Below are positions 50,776-63,694 of a stretch of 64,000 nucleotides of DNA, one piece after another. The notes beneath the pieces are model-generated. The model was given only the letters and a program-made list of their open reading frames with translations. It was not told the DNA's origin and did no database searches. Origin of the DNA: Azolla caroliniana. Its lineage: Eukaryota; Plantae; Polypodiophyta. Where the stretch lies: assembly GCA_043228905.1 (NCBI GenBank), contig JBHGNT010000006.1:16492001-16556000 (forward strand). Direction: 5' to 3'. Position numbers and translations under genes: made by a program. Numbering within the stretch: the first letter of the stretch is position 1; every line of letters starts with the position of its first letter.

Positions 50776-52487
50776 GGTTGGACGCGGACGGACGAAAGAT
50801 TGGATCATGCAACAAACTAAAGTAAAGTGAAGAGAACTAAAGTAAAGGCCATGTGGACGCAAGCAACTAAAGAAGGAGTGCATGGAAAAAGTAAAGGTCA
50901 TGTGGACAGTCACATGCAACCAAAAGAAAAAGCTAGGCAACTAAAAGTAGAGGCCATGCAAGAAAAAGTGGAAAGGCTATGATCAAGGGAGAACTCCATA
51001 TTTATTCCATTTTTTTTCCTACACTAGGACTCACTCTCCATATTATCTAAATTTTTTTTTCTTTTGTTGGGGAGCTCTCTTATATTATCGAAGCCAATAA
51101 CCCTAATCTTCCCTACGGAAGCTATCTCTCAAGTAAACCATAATTTCCATACGGAAGCAATCTCTCAAAATCCAAAATTCCTTGTCAAAGCCATATCACT
51201 CAAGAATCATAATCTCTTATTTCCTCTGATCTATTATTCTAATAATCTCCATGAGATAAAACTTTTGCAATCCCAATCTAGGGATTGATTGTAATCTTTC
51301 TGTCCCTTTTATTAATGAAATTTGTTAATCTTTCTCATTTCGGTTAATTCTTAGTACATAAATACACGAATTTGATATCCTCTAGACAAAGGCCCCGGGG
51401 TCTTGCCTCAACGTTCACGTATCCTCGTCGTATTTTCGCGACAACGGGTCGGATATGCTGACAAAGGTGCTGACACTCGACAAGTTGGATGCATGCCGGA
51501 AGCGAATCGGACTTACAAGACATCCCATACCGGAGTGAAGGGGGAGATTGTTGGGAAATCGGTCTCTCCGGATGGGATCAGATGATGAATAAAGAGGACC
51601 CGATGAGAACCGAAGAAATCCGGAAACCGGATCGGTGGACCCAGTGAGAACCGGAAGAGAAGACAGATTTGTAAATATGTCTTGAATAAGCCCATTGAGG
51701 CTATATTTGTAAATAGCCCTAAGTTCATATAACTATAAATATGACTTAGGCCAATCACTTTAGTGATATTGAGGTTATTATAGTTGTGGTTGTATTGTAT
51801 TAACTGTTGTACAAAGAGAGAGAGAGAGAGAGAGTGAGATATATATATATATATAGAGTGATACTCTGTTGTAACCGCCATTGTGCGAAGAAACAGAGCT
51901 CGAGGTCGTTGCCTCCGAGTCTTTGATTGCAACCCTTTCTCTTCATAGTGATAGTTCGGAGTCTGTGGGCGCCCGTGGTTTTTCCCTATTAGGGTTTTCC
52001 AGGTAAACATCTTGTGTCATTTTCTTTGTGTACTCTCCCCTTCCCATTTCTGTGTTTGATTCTTATAGAACTGATTTACTACTCGGTTGTGGCCGAGCGA
52101 TATTCCGTGCATTTCTCTTCACCTCCTTGGTCAGTAAAACATGCTCTGCATCCAGAAATCTCCGGGGGGCTCTTCTCTCTTTCAGGGGATATCTTCTTCC
52201 TTGGTTTTTGGCCACCGATTCGTCAGTCGATTCTTCATCCAAATCCGATTCGGAGACTTGCCCTAGTCCGTCCGGGTCATTATGGACTTCGATTGACATC
52301 CGACTTATGACTAGATGAATCCTTGCATCTTCCAACCAATCTCTATCGGTCAATCTGGAGGAGGCTATCTTCTTCTTCGGTTCCAAGTCGGGAATGGTCT
52401 TGTCTTCCATGAAGACCATGTCCCTACTCTGGATCACTTTCATTTCAGCTAGACTCCATAGCCGGTAGCCGTACTCATCATCACCGT

Positions 52488-53575
52488 TGTCGTGGCGTGG
52501 CTCGCCTAGAAGCGTAGCGTTGCGCACACAAAGGATAACGTGAAAGTGAGGAAGGAATCACTAGGATTATAGACGGAAGAGACAAAAGATTAGAGATGGA
52601 GTGAATAGAGATCAATATGATATGACAAAATAGGATTTTTAAGGAATATAAGATAAGACAAGATAAGATATAAACTAATATATGAGAAAGTGTATGAAAT
52701 TTATAAACATTTTCATGAAAGTGTTACAAAATGATTGTGCACGTCGTTGAACCTCCTAACTTTGTCTTGCAAGGTAATCACTCTTCTCTTTCTTGATCGT
52801 AGACCACTACAATCTTCACTTCAATATTTTGATGAAGATAAGGCTCGAACCGCCTCCCTCTTGTTGAGAGTTGACCACCATGACCGCCAAGCTAGAGCTC
52901 CTCCTTTATGTTAAACTTTTTCCCTTCTTTATCTATTTTTGTGGTATCTCTTATGTAATACATAATTTGATTGATATCTCATACCTCTCTCTCTTTGATC
53001 TTCACTTTCACCATTTAAATAGGTGCCCCCATGCATATGATGCATTGGAGGGTACAAGTCATGCATGTAGTGCATGAAATGCATGTGACGCATGATAAAC
53101 ATCTCGCTCATTTTGAGCTTTTATGTATGAAACAATATATGCAATAACAATAAACATGAAAATATAATCTTAAAGAGAAAGGACCTAGCCTAATGGTAGG
53201 TGTGTTGACTTTGGTGTATGAGGTTGTTGGTTCAAGTCTCAAAATACTACAACATACAACTTTATTTTTATATCATGAAGCAAATCCTTTATGTAATATA
53301 AAGTATATATAAAGTATGCTTTATTTTATGTATATTACTAGTATAGAGTAAATGGTAAGATTTGAGAGTCATAGGGTGGGGTTATTGGTTCAAGTCCTCT
53401 CTTGTTCGCTCAATATAACATATTTATCTATATATATATATTATTTTTCTTTACATATATATAATATTATCATATGTGTTGTTATCTTTATATATAAAAC
53501 ATTATCAAATGTTATTTTAGTTACGTATTTATCTTATTGTAGACTTTTAATGTGAAGCTTTCGTACTTCACGACA
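52488..53575 (-). mobile_element. Solo LTR of a Phygy-like family; 4-bp TSD CCGT
   Basis: TGTCGTG..CACGACA ends. CCGT at 52484-52487 and 53576-53579. Removal restores the copia A motif FLGYGDDEYG. Confidence 0.85.
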
Positions 53576-56500
53576 CCGTATCCAAGGAATATACATGGCC
53601 GAGTTTTCGGGTCCAGTTTTGCCCGTTTATCTTTTGCGATGTGCACATAAGCGATACAAGCATGTTGGCATAAAAGGCCGACTCCTTCCAAGTTGTACCC
53701 GTCTGAGTGTGAACTCGTCAATAAGTTAGAGCTTAGTATATAAGAGAATACCTAACATTGCATAGAGTGACGAGTGACAGAGCGACGAAGCGTCTATGTA
53801 TTGTATCTCAGAGAGAGAGTGAGAACGAAGCAATAAAGCTTTCCATTAGAGCTTGCACCGTGTAAGTCCACGCCTATTCTATTTTCTGTCTACATTGTTT
53901 GCTGTTAAGAACCGACAACAAATCCATAAACGTTTCCACAAATCACACTCGTTACCGACAACTGGTATCAAAGCAAATCTCTATTGTTTGACGGCAATAG
54001 ACAATAGAAGAAGCTGAAAGAAAAGACCAAGTCAGAAATCTCAAGTTCACAAACAGAATATGGCTTCAACATCCGGAACAAGAGTTGAAATCAGAAAATT
54101 TGATGGCAAAAACTTTGCCTTGTGGAAGGAGATGATGGAGGATGTGTTGATAATTTGAAGACAAGTCGAAGCCATTTGGCACAACGAAAAACCTACTTCA
54201 ATGAAAGCCGAGGAGTGGAGATCAACGGATAAAATCGCACGCTCCACCATCTGAATGCATATGGCCGAAAATGTCTATTTCAGCATGGCAAAAGAGACAA
54301 CATCATTCTCATTGTGGGAGAAGCTATAGGCTGTTTATGAAAAGAAGTCCTCATCTTCGAAGCTGATTTTGATCAAACAACTGTTCAACATGAAGATGAG
54401 AGAGACCGATCCGGCAACCTCCCACATCAACACCTTCAGCCAGGTGTTGTCTGAGCTCTCGTCACAAGGGATCAACTTCGAAGAAGAAGTGAAAGCCCTT
54501 GCCTTCCTATTGAGCTTGTCGGCGAGTTGGGAGGTATTCTGCATGACATACGCCAATAGCCGACCAATCCTAAACTTGGACGAAACAATCAGTCAAGTCC
54601 TCATAGAGGACATCAGGCGAAAATCGATGGGACTAACCATCGATGAGTTTGCAAAAGCCCATCACTCGACCGAGTCATTCGACCGACAGAGTCGAAGGAA
54701 AGAACAAGCCGATAGAACCGGTCGATGCTACATCCAATCGAAAACAAGGGGAGACCGACAACGGTCGAAGTAAAAAACGGGCCGATCAAGTGAGTACTGC
54801 ACACTGCAGGAAAGTTGGCCACAATGTTTTTGACTGCAGGTCATTAAAAAGAAAAAAGAGTGGTCAGTGACCCGAGCAGAATCGGGGACATTCGAACTCG
54901 GACCACTCTCCAGTCGGCAACCAGATCAACATTGCTGACACCCGATCTGGAGAAATCCTCTCCTTTAAGGACTCAATGATCAGAGAAGTCCTATACAGTG
55001 CACAAGTTGCACACACGTGGCTACTAGAATCTGGCACCACATTTCACGTGAACCCCAACATTGAATGGTTCTCGAACTATTCAGCCGACACCAGCGACAC
55101 AGTCTGACTGGGAAACGGGCAGGAGTGCAAGATAGCTGAAACCGGGGAGGTTCCCATCAGATTGCCAAATGGCAAAGGAATAACCGTGCACCGACTTCGG
55201 CATGTATCCGATCTAAAGAGGAGTCTGGTCTTCATCGGCATGTTAGCCGAAGACCGGTATCGAACGACTCTACAGGAGTCGACATGGGTGATCAGTCGAG
55301 GAAACCTCAAATTTGGCAGTGGGCACAAGTATAATAATCTATACCCATTGATGGCGATCAACCCTGAAGGGGCTGTGAATGAAGAAAAGTCTATATGGCC
55401 TAAAACAAGCGCCGAGAATTTGGTACCAGAAGTTTAACTCCTACATACGGCAGCTTGGATACAACAGATTAGACTCCGACCCATGCATGTATGTTCGGCA
55501 ATTGGCTGACGAGTCTAGGATCTATCTTATCCTATACATAAATGACATGTTGATTGCAAGAAGCAATCAAGCAGGGATCAGTAAGCTGAATCGGAGCCTT
55601 CATGCAAAGTTTGCGATGAAGAAACTCAGACAAGCCCAACACATACTGGGCCTAAGGATAGAGCGAAATCGGACGACCAAAACTCTCCAACTCTCCCAGT
55701 CCGAATACATCCGCAAGGTGCTGAACATGGAGAGTGCGAAGCCAGCACCAACACCGCTTCCGAAGTCGATTGGACTATTGGACAGAGACTCTCCTTCGAT
55801 TGACAAGGAGAGAGAACTTAATGGAAAAATACCCTACACATCGGCAGTAGGAAGTGTCATGTACGCAATGGTGGCGACCCGACCCAATCTAGCCTATGCC
55901 GTAGGGGTGGTCATCCGATACATGCCAAACCTAGGAAAGAAGCATTGGGAGGCCATCAAGCACATCCTTAGGTATCTAAAAGGAACCCTGGATGCACAGC
56001 TGACTCTCGGACTGACAATGTCAACCGAAGTCGAAGGCTACACCGATTCCGACTTTGCCGGAAATGCAGATAATCGGAAATCGACATCAGGATACATCTT
56101 CACCTATGGTGGCGGGGCGATATCATGGAGGTCGAAACTTCAAGAGTGCACAACTCTGTCTACCACAGAAGCCAAGTACATAGCAACATCAAAAGCAGCA
56201 AAGAAAGCGACCTGCCTGCACCGACTGACTGCCGACTTCGGAATTGCTAGCCGAAACGACCAAACAACGCCGACCATCTAATGCGACTCATAGAGTGCAA
56301 TACACCTCATCAACAATCCTGTCTATCATGCGAAGACGAAGCACATTGAGGTGCGGTATCATCATATCCGGGAGTTCGTAAACCAAAAGAAACTCGAAGT
56401 CTAGAAGATCGACACTGAGGTGAACATCGCCGATTGCCTGATGAAGCCCCTCCCATATCTATGCTTCGGAGCACTAAGGACGAAAATGGGGCTACGACAA

Positions 56501-56731
56501 GAGACAAAGCAGAAGAAAGCCGAACGAGGAGCAGAAGGTAAGATTTGATCGGAACAATAACGACACAGCCTATACATCTGCCAACTCGGCTGCATGCCGA
56601 CTGACTTGTAACATATAAACTTAGATCAATTTTGTAATCTAGGCTTCCGGGGGAGATAACCCCAAACACTTGTACATGCAAGAAAGAGTAGTCCTTTTAC
56701 GGGGGAGTTTGTTGGCATAAAAGGCCGACTC

Positions 56732-59700
56732 TGTAAAAAGCAACGTGCGGAAGCAAGTATGAAGACCGAACAGAAGGAAGGAAACTCAGGTTTAATGGAG
56801 AGCTTGAGCTTACACGGTATACGCGGGAGAGACAGAGAGAGTGAGAGAGAAGACACAAAAAACTATATTCAACAATAATACTCAGTCTGTACATAAGACA
56901 TGCTCAGTGAACACTTTTATACAAGCCCTAGAAGGACTGACCGATGTATTGACAGTACTTCAATGCTCATCAAGAGCTCCTACACTAACTCCCAAATATA
57001 TTCCTTACGGAATATCTTTCCTAACGACCTCCTGCTTTACGCACTCGGCCTAACCGATTGGTCCCAACTGATCCAGTCCTCGGCTTCTTCAGCCGAACTG
57101 GCCGATGTTGAGCTTGTCTCTCAACACTCCCCCTCAAGCTCAACTCGAGGCTCTTCGGGATCCTCGGGCTCACAGCTCTGGTTCCTCCTGGCTTCACGCC
57201 TCGCTCGCGCTCCTTGACCTGTCCGATTCCGCGTGCTTCGACCCTTCTGGTTGGCTCGTCTGCTCATGCGGCCCTTATAAGCTCTTCTGTTGTTGCGGTG
57301 TCGACACTTTTTCTGCTGCCTTTTCTTCCGCTTGGGCCTCGGTTGATTCGACGTGTCTGAATCAAACATCCGAACCAACTCGGCTACCTCCGATCGGTTT
57401 TCGCTCTCGTCTGAGTTGGCTGTCTCCAACTCGTCTTCGGTCTTCTCGCCTTCGATGGCGTCATCTTCCCCATGCGTGGTTGGCTTCGGCTGTCTCCTTC
57501 GGTTGCTCCCCTTCTGTCTGCTTCCGAACTTTTCCGCGGGTCCGCCCTCGGCTTCTTCAGCCGATCCGATGTCGAACTTGTCAACCGACTCGGTGTCGCG
57601 ATGTCCGCTCCTTTCCTGCTGCCTTGCTTGGTCGTTCGGGACTGTTCTCCCCCTCAAGTTCGGCACGTCAAGGTGACGCAACCCAAGCGCACCTGAGAAT
57701 TGCCGCAACTTGTCCAGACCAAGAGGCTTGGTGAAGATGTCGGCAGCCTGCCGATCCGTCGAAACATACTGAAGTTCGACTTCACTGGAAAGTACACGCT
57801 CACGGACGAAATGGTAGTGCACCTCAATGTGCTTGGTCCGTGCGTGGAAGACGGGGTTTTTCGCGAGCTCAATGTTGCTGAGGTTGTCGCAGTAGATCAT
57901 CGTCGGATCTGACGCCTCCTCTTGCAGGTCCTTAAGAAGCCGCTTCAACCATATGGCTTCGCATGTCGCGACAGCCGCTCCTCGGTACTCAGCTTCGGTG
58001 CTCGACAGTGCAACTATCGGCTGCTTCTTACTGCTCCACACGATCGCGGCACTCCCGAGGGAGAACGCGTATCCGGACGTGGATCGGCGATCGGCGGCAT
58101 TGCCAGCCCAATCAGCATCGGCGTAGCCGACTAATTGCGCGGCTGCACCAGTCCGATATAGCAGTCCGCGGTCCTTAGTGCCGCTTACGTACTGAAGTAC
58201 GCGTTGCGCACACTGAAGGTGCTCCTCGGTAGGTCGCGCCATGAACTAACTGATCACCCCGACCGGATAACTGAGGTCGGGTCGGGTGATGGTCAAGTAT
58301 ATGAGGCTTCCGACAATTTGTCGGAATCTCGTCAGGTCACATACCTTTCCCGTATCGGGACAAAGCTTGATGGTTCTATCCAGAGGAGTCAGGACGCACT
58401 TACAGTCGGCCATCCCGAGTTTGAAGAGCATACTCAGCATGTAATGACGTTGGCTGATCAATATGCCTTCGGGGGTACGGATCACTTCGATCCCGAGGAA
58501 GTAATGAAGGTACCCCAGATCCTTCATGTCGAACGATGCCGCAAGCTCGAGCTTCACGCGGTCGATTTCACCTAGGTCAGCGCCGGTGATGACTAAGTCA
58601 TCAACATACAGTAAAATACTAACCGGTCCGAGTCGACCTTTCCAGATGAACAAGGAAGAGTCTGATTTTGACGTGAAGAAGCCCAACCGACGCAGTTGTT
58701 GTGTGATCTTCGCGTTCCAGGCACGCGGGGCTTGCTTCAGTCCGTAAAGGGACTTCTTCAGTCGGCATATTGCCAAGGAGTTCGTTCTAGAGTGAAATCC
58801 GGGGGGCTATACCATGTACACCTGTTCCTCAAGGTCACCTTGCAGGAACGCATTCTTTACATCCATCTGATGTAGGTGCCACCCCTTGGCCGCGGCTACT
58901 GCGAGCAAAACACGAACGGTCGTCATTTTCGCGACCGGCGCAAATGTCTCATCGTAGTCGATGCCGTGTTTCTGCGCGTAGCCCTTTGCCACTAGCCGAG
59001 CCTTGTACCGGTTGACCGAGCCATCGGTGTTGTACTTGACTTTGTACACCCATCTACACCCGATCGGCTTCACACCCTTCTGTGCGTCAACAAGGTCCCA
59101 AGTCTCGTTCTCCGCCAATGCGTGCATCTCTTCCTCCATCGTGGCGCGCCAATTCGCATCCTTCGCCGCTTCTGCGTAGCTCTCCGGCTCACGCACTTCC
59201 AATACACGGGTCATGTATGCATAATGATGCGCCATGTACTCGTTGTATCCGAACTGCAAAACAGGATTCTTCTGGCGGGTAGATCGGCGTAATCTCACAT
59301 TAGCCGATGTCGAGGCCTTCTCAGTCGACGCGGCCTTCACCTTTAAAGACCCGTCACCGGTTGCCTCAGAGTCGGACTCGCGTCGGTCTGACTCGTTCCT
59401 TTCCGTGCCGGAATCCGACACCTTCTTCCTCCCTTTCTCTTTGCGTGTAAGCTGTCTCCTCGGCCTCCTGCGCGGGGAATGCACGGCCGAGTCTCCACTA
59501 CTCGCCGACTCTTCATCGGACTGGTCATACCGACTCAGTCCTCCAATCGGTCCACTTAAACGGAGCGAAATTGGACTCTCTTCGCAGGTCTCGATTTTGG
59601 GCTCATCTGGAGGCATCTCGGCCTTGCTGACCTCATCGTCAGAGCTCGGATTGGAGTTGAGGTTCGTAGTCAGGGGCAGGTACCAGGACGCGGACTCGTC

Positions 59701-62414
59701 AAACACAACGTCGCGGCTGACACGCGCTTGTTTGGTGCGAGGGTTATAACACTTATAACCCTTCTGCTCGTCCGAGTAACCGACCAAGATGCATTTCTCG
59801 GCCTTTGCGTCCAGCTTCCTCCTTTTCTCCTTCGGTATATGCACATACGCAATGCTACCGAACACCCTCAAGTGTTGCAAGTTCGGCTTCGTTCAGAAAT
59901 ATAGCTCGTGCACCGACACTTTGTCTCCAATCCGGTTCTGGATGTATACCGCGGTCCTTACCGCCTCGGCCTAGTAGAACTTGGGCAAGCTCTTCTCCTC
60001 CAGCATTGCCCGTGCCGTTTCCACAACTGACCGATTCTTTCTCTCGGTCACGCCATTCTGCTCTGGCGTGTATCTACAATTGAATTCGCGGCGAATTCCC
60101 ATTTGTTGTAGGTAACCGTTGAATTGACCGGAAAAGTACTCTTTCCCACCATCCGACCGCAAGCACTTGATCTTTTGTCCCGTTTCGGCTTCCACGAACC
60201 GTTTGAGGTCCCGGAAACAGTCGAAGACTTCGCTCTTCCTCTCAATGAGGTAGATCCACGTGTGCCGCGTGTGGTCGTCGATGAAGGAGACGAAATATCG
60301 GCTCCTGCCAAGACTAACATTTTGTGCCGGTCCCCATACATCGGAGTGTATAAGGTCAAACTTGTTCCGGCTCCGGTTCCGCTCGTTGGGGAAAGGAAGT
60401 CGGTGTTGCTTCCCGAGCTGGCAAGCTTCACAAACTTGTGCCTTTCGGCCACTAAACTTGGGCAATCCGAACACTACCTGTTTCGATTGCAGATCTTGAA
60501 GCCGTTGGTGGTTGACGTGGCCTATCCACTTGTGCCACAAGTCGATGTCCGACTCGGTCTTTTGTCCCTTCGCGAACATTGCGGTGCCGCCGTCAGTGGA
60601 GTCGAGGATGAACATTCTCCCGTCTCTGCGCCCTTGCGCAATCACACGGCCTTCTTCCTCAATGAAGCACCCGAGGTGTGTAAGCCAAACCTCCATCCCT
60701 TGGTCGACGATCTGTCCGACCGAGACCAAGTTTTTTATGATTGTCGGGACGTGCAACACGTTCATGAGTTTCCCTTTCTGCCCGACATAGCTAAGGGGAA
60801 CTTCTCCGACATTCGCGATCGGATGGGGAGTGTCGTCTCCTGTTGCGACTACTCCAGGTTCTATCGGTTTTTCAAGGTACGAGAACCACTTCTTATGGCT
60901 CGCCATGTGGTTTGACGCGCCGGAGTCTACGTACCACACCTCGTCCAATCCCGGGGTGCTTTGTTTCATTGAGTTTGCTTCGTGTCTCATCACAAAGATA
61001 GACCCTTCTCCGACTCTCCCAGAATCTTGGGCGTAGTGTGATCGCTGCTGATTTCCCTTGTCGGTATGTCCGGAGCCGTTTCCGGAACCGGTTCTCTCCG
61101 AATCGGCGCGCTTCTTCCAGCACTCACTTTCCCTGTGGCCTTTCCTGCCACAGTACCAGCACTCGGTGATGGCCTTCCCTTGCCAGTTCTCATCACCTCG
61201 ACTCCCCCTGTTTCCGAAGGGTCCAGAGTTGCTGTCGGCATCACTTCGGTGCCATCTTCCTTGATCTCGTCGGCCGCTTCCATTACGTACCGACTCGCCT
61301 CGTCCGCCACGACCACGGGGCCTTTCTCCCTCCGTGTACAACATCTTGTTGTCGGTGTGCGTGCTCGTCGACGCACCCGAGTGATTCTCCTCTACCAGGA
61401 GCATCAACCGTAAGTCGAAAAAGGACGGCGTATTCTCCCGAGTACACACAGCCGTTCGGAACGCTCCGAACTTCGACGCCAAACCTCCGAGACAGATCTG
61501 GACCATCTCACTCTCCTCGATGTTCACCTCTATGGAGGCGAGGGAGTCGCAGATATCCTTGATCTTCGACGTATAGTCCGCCACCGACAAGTCGCGTTGT
61601 CGTAGGTTGCTCAACTCCTATCGGAGCTGAAGCTTCCTGGCTGTGGTGCTCGCGGTGAAAATCTTCTTCAGATTTTCCCACGCACCCTTCGGCGTCTTTG
61701 CATCCCGAACATAGCTCAATAGTTGTTCGCCCACACACGACGCGAAGCAGTACAATACCCTGCTCGCCGATTGCTCCCACGACGGGAAGTCTCTGTGTGT
61801 CGATTCGGGTGCCGCGTCATTAGCTCGTTCGACATAACTCCAGTAGCCATGCCCGAGCAGGTACTGGTGCATCTTGTAGGACCAAGACGCGTAGTTGGTT
61901 CGGTCGAGCTTCTCTGTTGGAAGCGAGCTCGCCATGCCTCTATCCATCGTTCTTCTCATTCTTCTTCGTCAAGCTGTGTCGGCTGCAGAGAGGTTCTCAA
62001 CCCTCACACTCTGATACCATGTAAAAAGCAACGTGCAGAAGCAAGTATGAAGACCGAACAGAAGGAAGGAAACTCAGGTTTAATGGAGAGCTTGAGCTTA
62101 CACGGTATACGCGGGAGAGATAGAGAGAGTGAGAGAGAAGACACAAAAAACTATATTCAACAATAATACTCAATCTGTACATAAGACGTGCTCAGTGAAC
62201 ACTTTTATACAAGCCCTAGAAGGACTAACCGAAGTACTGACAGTACTTCAATGCTCATCAAGAGCTCCTACACTAACTCCCAAATATATTCCTTACGGAA
62301 TATCTTTCCTAACGACCTCCCGGTTTACGCACTCGGCCGAGCCGATTGGTCCCAACCGATCCAGTCCTCGGCTTCTTCAGCCGAACCGGCCGATGTTGAG
62401 CTTGTCTGTCAACT
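56732..62414 (-). mobile_element. Full-length Ty1/copia element D inserted in the 3' LTR of C; LTRs 56732-57126 and 62020-62414; TSD GACTC
   Basis: Paired 395-bp LTRs, GACTC on both flanks, PBS (tggtatcagag) at 62009-62019, PPT at 57127-57134. Confidence 0.93.
57121..61959 (-). pseudogene. Copia D gag-pol with several in-frame stops and a frameshift
   Basis: [66 protein letters not shown]. Confidence 0.92.
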
Positions 62415-63235
62415 GACTCCTTCCAAGTTGTATTCATCCGAGTGTGAACTCATCAATAAGTTAGGTCTTAGTATATAAGCGAATACCTATCATTGTATAG
62501 AGTGACGAGTGACAGAGAAACAAAGTTTTCAGAACCAACAACAGATCCATACACATTTCCGCAAATCGCACTCGTTACCGACAAACCGAACACCTTTAGA
62601 TGCCGGTAAGAAACATCTTTACCAGTCCATACTGTCTGTGGTGTGTCTGCGTCCAAGGGTGCTAAGGGTGATCTATTTAGCACGTACGTCTTTGTCATCA
62701 GCGCCTCAACCCAAAACTTCTTGGACAACTTAACATGTGCAAGCATACTCTTGACACTCTCCATTACGGTCGAGTTCATTCTCTCGGCTAGTCCGTTCAG
62801 CTCCGGTGTCTTCGGCACGGTGAATTTGAGTTGGTTTCCCTTCGACTGACAATACTCCTCGAACTGCCCTCGCTATTCGCCTCCGTTGTCCACTCGAACC
62901 ACCTTCAACTTCTAGCCGGTTCTCTTTCTACTCTTCCATTGAACTCCTTGAAGACAGGCAATACCTGGTCCTTTCTCTTCAATGTGGATACCCACAACTT
63001 CTGGTTATGGTCATCTATGAACATCATGACGTACTGTGAGCCAACATGTGAATTTGTGTCCACTGAGCATACATCGGTATGCACAAGTTCCTGTGGTGCT
63101 TTCCGTCTCATCAGCGGTGTCGACCGGAAAGAGGTTCGGTTCTACTTGCCGACCAAGCAATCAATGCACTTCTCAAGTTGCACGTTCTTTACCCCTGGAA
63201 TGAGGTTGTCATCGGCAAGTCTTCTCATCCCTTTC

Positions 63236-63694
63236 TGTAAAAGGTAACATGCGGAAGCTTTGACAAACCGGTTTATCCGGATAGCAACATAAGATAGAGA
63301 ATGAAGGTTTAATGGAAGCTTAAGAACAGAGAATATACAGGAGAGATAGAGAGAGAAGAAAGCATAAACTCAATTCAAAATAATAACACTCTGTACATAG
63401 GATGTGCTCAGTGAGTACCCTTTATACAAGTTCACAATGGACTAACAGAAGTACTATGTACTTCAATGCTTAGACGATTGGCTGACACTAACTACGAGGA
63501 CCATGACTACCTAGTAGTCTAGAAGCGTAGACCTCTAAATGGCCTACCGGTACACACGTGGCTCTGGCTTATCCAGTCGAGCCATATCCAATTCAGCTTG
63601 CTCACTCAACACTCCCCCTCAAGCTCAATGTTAACTCTTAGGGCCGGACAATGGCCTAACACAGGGTGTCTACGGAAGACACTTTACCAAAGGG
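63236..63694 (-). mobile_element. 3' LTR (63236-63611) and PPT of a further copia element E, extending beyond the window
   Basis: tgtaaaa..ctcaaca followed by ctccccctcaag, the same layout as copia D. Interrupts the copia A integrase. Confidence 0.8.

Larger units (their letters stand above)
42910..51443 (+). mobile_element. Full-length Phygy/Selgy-like gypsy element G; LTRs 42910-44280 and 50027-51443; PBS tRNA-Trp; 4-bp TSD ACGG
   Basis: Paired ~1.4-kb LTRs. PBS at 44285-44301. ACGG at 42906-42909 and 51444-51447. Confidence 0.93.
31281..52121 (+). mobile_element. Ty1/copia element B; LTRs 31281-31832 and 51549-52121; PBS tRNA-iMet; TSD CCTCG/CCTCC
   Basis: Paired LTRs, tggtatcagagc at 31836-31847, PPT before 51549. 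Gag, protease (WVIDSGAS), integrase and RNase H end. Inserted into copia A. Confidence 0.9.
53663..62583 (+). mobile_element. Ty1/copia element C; 5' LTR 53663-53960, 3' LTR split (56710-56731 plus 62415-62583); integrase and 5' RT deleted
   Basis: PBS tggtatcaaagc at 53963-53974, gag (KFDGKNFALW), protease, RT C-half and RNase H at 55379-56540, PPT gggggag at 56701. Confidence 0.85.
3272..63235 (-). mobile_element. Outer Ty1/copia element A, fragmented by nested insertions; 3' LTR 3272-3784, 5' part lies beyond the window
   Basis: Collinear minus-strand pieces: integrase 62584-63235, 53576-53662 and 52122-52487; RT 30099-31280; RNase H 25438-25797; PPT/3' end 3785-3827. The pieces join across the TSDs of the inserted elements. 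Confidence 0.8.

Noticed and set aside
53184-53400. Genuine tRNA genes (also at 4620-4815, 7016-7070, 34390-34602)
   Set aside because: Only A/B-box-like ends are retained, with no convincing acceptor or anticodon stems. Reported as LTR modules instead.
57105-62166. Long plus-strand ORFs antisense to copia D
   Set aside because: Shadow ORFs of GC-rich gag-pol with no recognisable motifs.
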